Below are positions 17,334 through 24,633 of a DNA stretch of 60,650 nucleotides, one piece after another. Each line of letters opens with the position of its first letter. The stretch's first letter is position 1. Below the pieces are notes generated by a model. The model searched no databases and had not been told where the DNA came from. It was given only the letters and a program-made list of their open reading frames with translations. Position numbers and translations under genes: made by a program. The DNA comes from an uncultured bacterium. Lineage in GTDB: Bacteria > UBA8481. Where the stretch lies: NCBI GenBank assembly GCA_964499705.1, contig CAZCME010000001.1:447243-507892 (forward strand). The letters run 5' to 3'.

Positions 17334-17390
17334 TTCCGCCTCGCCGGGTCCCGCGGCGCTGGCGGACGCCTCCCAGCCCGCCCCTTCGTC

Positions 17391-17419
17391 TTGACCTTTT
17401 GAACATGCTAATATCTAAT
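17391..17419 (+). promoter_or_regulatory. Sigma70-like promoter for the GH144 operon
   Basis: TTGACC-17-TCTAAT (also TGCTAATAT extended -10) in an AT-rich gap. Confidence 0.45.
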
Positions 17420-17435
17420 AGATGTAACCGCTTAC

Positions 17436-19469
17436 ATGGCCGATAAAGATCGAGTGTTCTCCGTCGGTGAGCCTTCCCGGTTCCGCCGGTTCGCGTTGCT
17501 CGCCGCCGGAGTGGTCGCGATGGCGTTCCTGGCGGCCGCTTACCTGGCCCGCTCGAGCCCCGGCCCCAGCCCCGGATCCGACCGCGACCGCGAGACCCTG
17601 TCGGGCGCTTCGAGCGAGGGATTCATACTGAACGACGAGGACAGGGTGCTGCTGGAAAAGATCGGCCGCGCGGGATTCGAGTATTTCTGGAACGAGGCCA
17701 ACCCGGATAATGGACTGGTGAAAGATCGCGCCCATAATTTCGAGCGGACTCCGGTGGACTATGCGCCCTGCTCGGTCGCGGCCGTCGGCTACGCACTCTC
17801 GTCGATCTGCGTCGCGATCGACAGAGGATGGATCGATCGCAAGGCGGGCTATGAGCGGATTCTCACGACGCTTCGATTCTTTCACAAGGTCCCCCACGTC
17901 CGCGGTTTCTTCTACCACTTTCTCGACATGAAAACGGGTCTCCGGACATGGAAATCGGAACTTTCGCCGATCGACTCCGTTCTCTTTCTTGCCGGCGCGC
18001 TTCATGCGGGGCGCTATTTCGAAGGAACGGAAATCGAGGAACTGGCGCAGGCGCTCTATGATCGCGTGGACTGGCCGTGGATGATGAACGGACGGCGGAC
18101 CCTGGCGATGGGATGGACACCGGAACAGGGCTTTATCGAGAATCACTGGGACCATTATTGCGAGGCCTCCATCATGTACTTCATGGCGATCGGTTCCCGC
18201 ACGCATCCGATCCCGGCGTCGGCCTGGGACGAGATCAGCAGGCCGATCGGCGGTTACGGCCATCATGTCTGCATCGCATCTCCGCCCCTGTTCACGCATC
18301 AGTATTCCCATACCTGGATCGATTTCAGGAACAAGTACGATGCCTATGCGGATTACTTCGAAAATTCGCGCCAGGCCACGCTTGCCAATCGCCAGTTCTG
18401 CATCGACTATGCGCATGTCTTCAAGACGTACAGTCCAAAATCGTGGGGCCTTACGGCATCGGAAGGTCCGGGCGGATACAAGGCCTACGGAGCCAAGCCT
18501 GGCCGGGCGCTCCATGACGGCACTATCGCGCCGACGGCCGCCCTGGGCTCGATCGTTTTCACGCCCCGTGAATCCCTGGATGTCGCCCGTTTTCTTCATG
18601 TGCATCGGCCCGAATTGTGGGGACAGTACGGATTCGTCGACTCCTATAACGACGATCGCTCCCTGTGGTACACCCGCGAGGTGATCGGCATCGACCAGGG
18701 AACGATCGTCCTGATGATCGAGAATTTTCTCTCCGGCTCCGTCTGGAAGAAATTCATGGAGATTCCGGAAATCAACGCGGGAATGACCGCCTGTGGATTT
18801 CAGGATGGCAGGAAGGTCTTCGACTACGACGAGAAAATTTACGATTATTTCGAATCCCGAATCGATTCCCGTCCGTTCGTGTCCATTCCGCGTTCCTCGA
18901 CCGCGATCACGATCGACGGGGATTCCAGCGACTGGTCAAGGTCCGGAGCCATCCGACTCACACCAAAGTCCAATCTCGAGATCGGCTCCATCGAGCGCGC
19001 CGCCGACGTCGAGGGTGATTTCCAGCTCGCCTACGACGACTCCTGCCTCTACATCCTCGCCGTTGTCCGGGATGATCAGTTCGTCAGCTTCCGCAAAGGC
19101 GAGAATATTCACTTCGACGACGGCCTTGAAATCTACATCGACCCGGGGAATGACGATCTCGCCTGGGGCAGTGAACAGGACTTCCAGATCGGCCTGACGC
19201 CGTCGGGACCTCGGGAATTGCCTCAGAAGTGGAGCTGGTTCCAGAACACGGACGGGGGCGACGAGATCCGTGTTGCATCTCAACTGCGAAGGCGTGATTA
19301 TCTCATCGAGGCCGCGCTTTCCTGGAAGTTCCTCCGCGTGAAACCGATGGCGGGAAAGAAGTTCGGCCTGACGATCGCTCTGAATGACCGCGACGCGTCG
19401 AATTTCGCGAAGCTGACGTGGTTCTTTCACGAGCCCGGAATCGTTCTGGGAAGGGCGGAGCTGGAATGA
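17436..19469 (+). CDS. Membrane-anchored glucoamylase-family (GH144-like, endo-beta-1,2-glucanase) hydrolase with a C-terminal CBM9-like domain
   Basis: N-terminal TM; GFFYHFLD, ELSPIDS, LYDRVDW, MGWTPE, PLFTHQYSH, WGLTASEGP, DGTIAPTAA, YGFVDSYN, IGIDQG. CBM9-like ITIDGDSSDW...AYDDSCLYILAVVRDD...DGLEIYID...IEAALSW. Confidence 0.88.
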   Translation: MADKDRVFSVGEPSRFRRFALLAAGVVAMAFLAAAYLARSSPGPSPGSDRDRETLSGASSEGFILNDEDRVLLEKIGRAGFEYFWNEANPDNGLVKDRAHNFERTPVDYAPCSVAAVGYALSSICVAIDRGWIDRKAGYERILTTLRFFHKVPHVRGFFYHFLDMKTGLRTWKSELSPIDSVLFLAGALHAGRYFEGTEIEELAQALYDRVDWPWMMNGRRTLAMGWTPEQGFIENHWDHYCEASIMYFMAIGSRTHPIPASAWDEISRPIGGYGHHVCIASPPLFTHQYSHTWIDFRNKYDAYADYFENSRQATLANRQFCIDYAHVFKTYSPKSWGLTASEGPGGYKAYGAKPGRALHDGTIAPTAALGSIVFTPRESLDVARFLHVHRPELWGQYGFVDSYNDDRSLWYTREVIGIDQGTIVLMIENFLSGSVWKKFMEIPEINAGMTACGFQDGRKVFDYDEKIYDYFESRIDSRPFVSIPRSSTAITIDGDSSDWSRSGAIRLTPKSNLEIGSIERAADVEGDFQLAYDDSCLYILAVVRDDQFVSFRKGENIHFDDGLEIYIDPGNDDLAWGSEQDFQIGLTPSGPRELPQKWSWFQNTDGGDEIRVASQLRRRDYLIEAALSWKFLRVKPMAGKKFGLTIALNDRDASNFAKLTWFFHEPGIVLGRAELE

Positions 19470-19480
19470 AAAAGATATTT

Positions 19481-19565
19481 ACCACGAACCACACGAACCA
19501 CACGAAAAAATGACATGACGCCAAAGATTCTAAATTTAGTTCGTGTGGTTAGTGTGGTTCGTGGT
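19481..19565. repeat. Inverted repeat (26-bp arms, 1 mismatch) built from 9-bp tandem units
   Basis: ACCACGAACCACACGAACCACACGAA (19481-19506) and TTCGTGTGGTTAGTGTGGTTCGTGGT (19540-19565). Confidence 0.9.
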
Positions 19566-20267
19566 TTAAATCATTTCGTTCCGACTTCCGCATGGATCCT
19601 TGTCCTTGTCATCTTGCTATCAGCTTGCGCGAAATCTGGACAGGACTCATCCTCCTCCGGCGCTGAACCCGGCGTCATGGAACATGTCCAGCCGACGGCG
19701 GTTTCCGACACGGAGGTTTTCGTGGACCAGATGGAGCAGATGCTTTCGGGTCCTGAAATACTGCTCGTGGACACCTTTAATAAGGGGGAAAAGCCGAACA
19801 AGCTGGGAGGGAATTACGGGGCGTGGAATCGCGATCCGCTGGACGCGTCGCAGGGCTGCCGCGAGGAATATTCGCTGGACAACCACGGGCCGGGACAGGG
19901 TTTCAGCGTCAAGCTGGTGTACGATGTCGAGTCGAAGAATCCGGCATATAACGGTTTCTGGATGAAATTGAACGAGGTCGATCTCACGGGTTACAAGGAG
20001 CTGAACTTCTTCATGAAAGGCGACACGGACGCCGGATTCACGTCGCGGCTGAAGGTGGAACTGAAAAACAGCATGATCGGCGAAAAGGGTGAAGTCGTCA
20101 TCGAGGATCTGAAGGAGAACTGGACGCGGTATCGCATCCCCCTGTCCCAGTTCGCGGCGCTCCAGGATTGGACAAAGATATCGGAGTTCGTTATCGTCTT
20201 CGACGACGAGCTGGCGATCAACAAGACGGGGGCGGTATATATCGATGACATTTATTTTGTCCGATGA
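19515..20267 (+). CDS. Lipoprotein with a CBM11/CIA30-like carbohydrate-binding domain
   Basis: Lipobox ILLSAC; LLVDTFN...KLVYDVESKNPAYNGFWMKL..DLTGYKELNFFMKG...WTRYRIPLSQF...GAVYIDDIYF. The start is uncertain because it overlaps a repeat. Confidence 0.8.
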   Translation: MTPKILNLVRVVSVVRGLNHFVPTSAWILVLVILLSACAKSGQDSSSSGAEPGVMEHVQPTAVSDTEVFVDQMEQMLSGPEILLVDTFNKGEKPNKLGGNYGAWNRDPLDASQGCREEYSLDNHGPGQGFSVKLVYDVESKNPAYNGFWMKLNEVDLTGYKELNFFMKGDTDAGFTSRLKVELKNSMIGEKGEVVIEDLKENWTRYRIPLSQFAALQDWTKISEFVIVFDDELAINKTGAVYIDDIYFVR

Positions 20268-20303
20268 TGGGAATCGCGACGGCGCGGAAAAGGGGAGAGC
20301 GTC

Positions 20304-21704
20304 ATGACTGAAAAGGTCGATGAACAAGCGGCCACCGCGGTTCCCTCGCGCACCGAGCGCCGGCGCCCTCGTCTCGTCACGATGCAGGTGGCTTTGCGGA
20401 TCGAGCTTCCGGGCGGGCTCGCCTTCGACGGCCATACGACGGGACTGAACGAAAATGGCGTCGGCGCGCGGGTCAATCTGGCGGAAGGAGAACTGCTCGC
20501 TTCGATCGAGGGGCAGAATGCCAGGATCATTCTGGATCTCCCTGAGAAACAATCGTTTCCCGTGCCTCTGGGAAAGGTGCTGCGCGTCGACGGCTCATGG
20601 GTGCCGGGCTTCCAGTATTTCCTGACGCTCCAGTTCGAAGGCATGACGCCCGAATTCGTCGCCTACCTCCGGCGTTTCATCCGGTGGCGCGAGCAAGAAT
20701 ATTTCACCACGTCGAAACCTCCTCGCCACTGGTACCTTTTTTCCACCTCGCTTCAGCAGCAATTCGGTCCGTTGACGACGCAGGAGGTCCGGCTGGCGCT
20801 GGCTCGGGGCGATCACGCCGGGGTCGATCTCATCTGGATGCCGGCGGAAGGGCAATGGTCGCCCTTCGATCACCACAAGTTCACGGAACTTTCCGCGGCC
20901 TCCGAGAAAGCGGACGCGGAAGCGGCGGCCGAATCAGTCAAGGCTTCGCTCCCGCGAGCAGGCGATGAGGATGCGCCGGCCGAGGCAACGGTACTCGGAG
21001 CCCAGGTCGCGGCGGCGCGCCGCAGGAAACTCCTCGTGGCCGCCTCAATCCTGCTGCTCCTGGCCGCGCTCGCTTTCGGATTCCAGCGGTCCGGCGGTCT
21101 CGGTCTCCTGAATTATGACGCCGCCAAGCTCTATAAGGAAGCTGTCCGGTACCGGAACGAGTCGAACTATTATCTCGCGGCGGACAAGTTCAAGGAGATC
21201 ATCCGCGACCATGCCGGTTCCTCCTGGGCCGCTCGTTCGAAGGCGCAGCTCGATCTCTGTCTCGTCGAGGTTCGCCGCAGCGAGGACCGAAAGAAAGCGG
21301 AGCGCCAGCTCCAGTTGCTCCAGAAGATTCCCGCCGAGAAGCAACGCCATCCGTATGTGCTGAATAATTTCGGGGACTGTTATTTTCGGATGGGTGACTA
21401 CACGAAAGCCCGCGAATATTTTCTTCGCGCGCTGGAAACCGATAAGACGCTCGACAAGACGCGGTATAATCTCGCCACCACATACCTTCGTCTGGGAGAT
21501 TTCGAGGTCGCGGAAAAGACGTTCGCGGAGGTGGGAGGCCGCATCGCGGAATTGCCGGAGTATCATTTCAACCGCGGCCTCGCGGTCTTAGCGCGCGGCC
21601 GCCGCGCCGACGCGCTTCAGCTGATGGACAACGCCCTGCGAATGGATCCGCAGAACGAAGTCCTCAAGTCGCAGATCGACGCCGTCATGAACCGGGGGAT
21701 TTGA
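20304..21704 (+). CDS. PilZ-like + GYF-like + TM + periplasmic TPR protein
   Basis: ERRRPRL...TTGLNENGVG (PilZ-like); WYLF...QQFGPLT..EV...DLIW...GQWSP (GYF_2-like); one TM; TPRs (VLNNFGDCYFRMGDYTKAREYFLRALE, YHFNRGLAVLARG). Confidence 0.75.
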   Translation: MTEKVDEQAATAVPSRTERRRPRLVTMQVALRIELPGGLAFDGHTTGLNENGVGARVNLAEGELLASIEGQNARIILDLPEKQSFPVPLGKVLRVDGSWVPGFQYFLTLQFEGMTPEFVAYLRRFIRWREQEYFTTSKPPRHWYLFSTSLQQQFGPLTTQEVRLALARGDHAGVDLIWMPAEGQWSPFDHHKFTELSAASEKADAEAAAESVKASLPRAGDEDAPAEATVLGAQVAAARRRKLLVAASILLLLAALAFGFQRSGGLGLLNYDAAKLYKEAVRYRNESNYYLAADKFKEIIRDHAGSSWAARSKAQLDLCLVEVRRSEDRKKAERQLQLLQKIPAEKQRHPYVLNNFGDCYFRMGDYTKAREYFLRALETDKTLDKTRYNLATTYLRLGDFEVAEKTFAEVGGRIAELPEYHFNRGLAVLARGRRADALQLMDNALRMDPQNEVLKSQIDAVMNRGI

Positions 21705-21705
21705 G

Positions 21706-22557
21706 ATGGCGCGCTCCGCCGCAAGGACCGGCCAAGTCGCGATCCGGCGCCGCTCGAAGATCGCGCCCATAATCGCCGGAGCCGTGCTGCTCATGGCCGG
21801 AGTCGCCGCCGGCCTGCTTTCGTTCACTTATGTCGACGATGCACTTCCCGAGAGAGCCCTCGTGGACTACGCGCTGCCGACGTTCGCGGATACCCTGCAG
21901 GGTGTCGACATCGGGCTGCAGGGACTGGAGCACGAGATCTTCATCGAGGAAGCGACGAATATCGATGTCATCCGGCAGCAGCTGAACACCCGGGCGGCGG
22001 ATCCGACCGATATAGATCCGCCTCCGCCCGGGGTTTTCCTCATCGATGATTTTGACAAGGACGGCGTGACGGAACGCGAATGGATCTGCCCGGTCGGGGG
22101 CTGGGTGAGCGACCCGACCGATCCGACGATCCGCTGCATCGAAGCCTATGATCCGCTGATCCGCTACGGCAGCAAAGGGTACTCCCTGAAACTCTGGTAC
22201 GATCTCGAATCGCCCAATCCGACTTTCGGCGGGCTCTGGATGCAATTGCGCTATGGTTCGTCAGCGACCATGGATCTCTCCTCCTACAAGAATCTCGTGC
22301 TCCTTATAAAAGGCACATCGACACCGCTCGGATTCACGACCCGGTTGAAACTGGAGATCAAGAACAAGGAAGAGGCCTCCACAGTCGTTCTCGACAACAT
22401 CACGCAACAGTGGAAGAAATTCGAGATCCCCCTGTCGACGTTCAGGGATATTTCCGACTGGTCGCGAATGACGGAGCTCGTCATCGTCCTGGAGCCGGAC
22501 ACGATCACGGACCGGGAGGGGATCATCTACATCGACGAGGTGCAGGTGGTGAAGTAA
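21706..22557 (+). CDS. Membrane-anchored CBM11/CIA30-like domain protein (paralogue of 19515-20267)
   Basis: N-terminal TM; FLIDDFD...SLKLWYDLESPNPTFGGLWMQL...DLSSYKNL...GFTTRLKLEIKN...WKKFEIPLSTF..SDWSRMTELVIV...GIIYIDEV. Confidence 0.8.
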   Translation: MARSAARTGQVAIRRRSKIAPIIAGAVLLMAGVAAGLLSFTYVDDALPERALVDYALPTFADTLQGVDIGLQGLEHEIFIEEATNIDVIRQQLNTRAADPTDIDPPPPGVFLIDDFDKDGVTEREWICPVGGWVSDPTDPTIRCIEAYDPLIRYGSKGYSLKLWYDLESPNPTFGGLWMQLRYGSSATMDLSSYKNLVLLIKGTSTPLGFTTRLKLEIKNKEEASTVVLDNITQQWKKFEIPLSTFRDISDWSRMTELVIVLEPDTITDREGIIYIDEVQVVK

Positions 22558-22566
22558 TATTTCGCC

Positions 22567-23013
22567 ATGCTGATATCCGTCATGATCGCTCCCGCCGTCC
22601 TGATTTCCGCGGCCGGTCTTCTCATCCTGGGCGTCAGCAATCGTTACGGCCGCATCAACGACAGGATCAGGAATTTCAACGAGCTCCTGCCCGACGCGAC
22701 CAGCGCTCAGGCGGAGGCTCTGCGGGAGGACCGCGCGCTCATGCTTGAACGAGCCCGGCGCTCCTGGCTGGCCTTGACTCTCCTGCACGGCGCCGTCCTC
22801 TCCTTCGTCGCGGAATCGTTCCTGCTGGGCGTCGGAGCCGCGTTGTCCCTGCCGCTGGCTCCGCTGGGCGACATTGTCCTTGTGCTCGGCGTGGTGCTCT
22901 TCGGCGCCGCATCGATCGCGCTCGTGACCGAAGCGACCATCGCCTTCGAATCGACCCGGCGGGAAATCATCCGCACGGACAATCAGATCAAGGCGCGCCT
23001 GACTTCGAATTGA
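22567..23013 (+). CDS. Small membrane protein, DUF2721-like
   Basis: MIAPAVLISAAGLLILGVSNRYGRINDRIR; three hydrophobic helices. Confidence 0.75.
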   Translation: MLISVMIAPAVLISAAGLLILGVSNRYGRINDRIRNFNELLPDATSAQAEALREDRALMLERARRSWLALTLLHGAVLSFVAESFLLGVGAALSLPLAPLGDIVLVLGVVLFGAASIALVTEATIAFESTRREIIRTDNQIKARLTSN

Positions 23014-24121
23014 TGCGAAGCGGATTCCCGAGCACGTCCTCGTAGATGCCGGAAAGCTGTTCCACCACGCGGTGAATGGAAAATTCCTCCGCTCGCGCCG
23101 CTCCTTTTTCCGCCCGGGCCCGCATGGCCTCCCTGTTTCCGAGCAGGGCTCCCAGGGCGCCGCAGAAATCTTCCTCTCGAACGAGCATCGCCGCTTCGCC
23201 GGGTCCCGAGATTTCGCGAGCGCCGGGTGTGTCCGTGGAAAGCACCGGAAGGCCCGCCTGCCAGGCTTCCAGCATGACGTTGGGAAACCCCTCCTCTTTG
23301 GAAGGAATGACGAGAATGTCGAAGTGCGCGAGCAGATTCCTCGCGTTGAGGATATTTCCGGGCGCGAACAGGGAGGCTTCCACACCCAATTCGCGGGCCA
23401 GAGCTTCGATGGCTGCCCGCTCGGGTCCCTCCCCTAGCAGCGTCAGCGAAGCGTCCGCACCGTTTTTTCGCGCATGCGCGAGAGCGCGGACGGACAGGGA
23501 GATGTTCTTCTCGGATCGGAGATGACCGAGGGTAATGATTCTCGGGCGAGGGAGCGCGGGCCAGTTTTCGGGCCAGGGCAGGGGAGGATCCGCCGGCGCG
23601 ATCCCTCCGTGCAGCACGCGGATCCTGTCCGCGGGAATCCTGTCGCGCGCGATGAGGATGTCACGCACGGGCGAGGAGACGGCGAGGACAAGGCTGGCAG
23701 AGGAGAGCATGAAGCGGTTGACGGATGCCTTCCATCCGGGACGGAGTATGTCGAGGCCCCGCTCGGATGCGATCCAGGGCACTCTTCTGCGGCGGGCGAG
23801 CTGAGCGGCGATCCAGTTCCCGCGCAGCAGGAAGGAGTGAATCAGGTGCGGCCGGAGGTGGCCGGCATAGGAATAAAGATCAGCCAGCCGGAGCGGATTG
23901 GAGCCAAATCGGAATTCCTCCGCCGCCAGTCCCTGCTCATGGAAGGAGCGGATGAGATCCTGCGTTCCGAATGTCGTGGCCAGGGAAAAACGAAACCGGT
24001 CCTTCGGCATGAAGCGCGCCAGGAGAGCCATGTTGCGTTCCGCTCCGCCCAGCTTGGAGTCGGGAGTCACGATGAGGATACGCCTGGGTTCCATTGTATG
24101 CATACGATTGCGCTCCCGCAT
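22988..24121 (-). CDS. Glycosyltransferase family 4
   Basis: GGAERNM; GHLRSEKN; PSKEEGFPNVMLEAWQAGLPVLST. The start may be ATG 24094 (MEPRRILIV). Confidence 0.92.
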   Translation of the reverse strand: MRERNRMHTMEPRRILIVTPDSKLGGAERNMALLARFMPKDRFRFSLATTFGTQDLIRSFHEQGLAAEEFRFGSNPLRLADLYSYAGHLRPHLIHSFLLRGNWIAAQLARRRRVPWIASERGLDILRPGWKASVNRFMLSSASLVLAVSSPVRDILIARDRIPADRIRVLHGGIAPADPPLPWPENWPALPRPRIITLGHLRSEKNISLSVRALAHARKNGADASLTLLGEGPERAAIEALARELGVEASLFAPGNILNARNLLAHFDILVIPSKEEGFPNVMLEAWQAGLPVLSTDTPGAREISGPGEAAMLVREEDFCGALGALLGNREAMRARAEKGAARAEEFSIHRVVEQLSGIYEDVLGNPLRINSKSGAP

Positions 24122-24159
24122 GGCGGGGCTCGCGGTGGATATTATCGGGTAAAAGAATC

Positions 24160-24187
24160 TTGACTACATCAATTGCATTGTTACGAT
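24160..24187 (+). promoter_or_regulatory. Sigma70 promoter for secG and probably the downstream pil genes
   Basis: TTGACT-16-TACGAT with an extended TG; the ATG follows 6 nt later. Confidence 0.55.
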
Positions 24188-24193
24188 GATCGC

Positions 24194-24595
24194 ATGACAC
24201 CTGTTGCGATTCTTGATTACCTGATCCTCATAGTTCACGTCATTGTGTGCGTGCTTCTCATCGGCATCGTGCTCATTCAAGGCGGTAAGGGCGCGTCCAT
24301 GTCGGCTTCTCTGGGAATGGGCGCCGCTTCGACCGCGTTCGGAGCGCGCACGGACACGTTCATGACGAAACTTACGAGCGGCGCGGCGATCACGTTCGTG
24401 GTGACATCTCTGGCGCTGACGTTTCTGAGCTCGAAGACCGGTTCGCTGTCGCAACAGATCACGGCGGAGCCGGTGCCGTCCGCCGCTGCCGGCGCGCAAC
24501 AGTCGGCGACGACGACCGCCCCGGAAACGGCGATAGCACCTGCTGGAACTTCGGAGGCCGCTTCGTCCGCATCGGAAACAGCCGCAGAAAATTGA
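24194..24595 (+). CDS. secG: Preprotein translocase subunit SecG
   Basis: HVIVCVLLIGIVLIQGGKGASMSASLG..STAFGAR..FMTKLT; two TMs and a low-complexity tail. Confidence 0.93.
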   Translation: MTPVAILDYLILIVHVIVCVLLIGIVLIQGGKGASMSASLGMGAASTAFGARTDTFMTKLTSGAAITFVVTSLALTFLSSKTGSLSQQITAEPVPSAAAGAQQSATTTAPETAIAPAGTSEAASSASETAAEN

Positions 24596-24633
24596 TCTTG
24601 AACTATCGCGCCTTAATCACCGCATAGGACACC

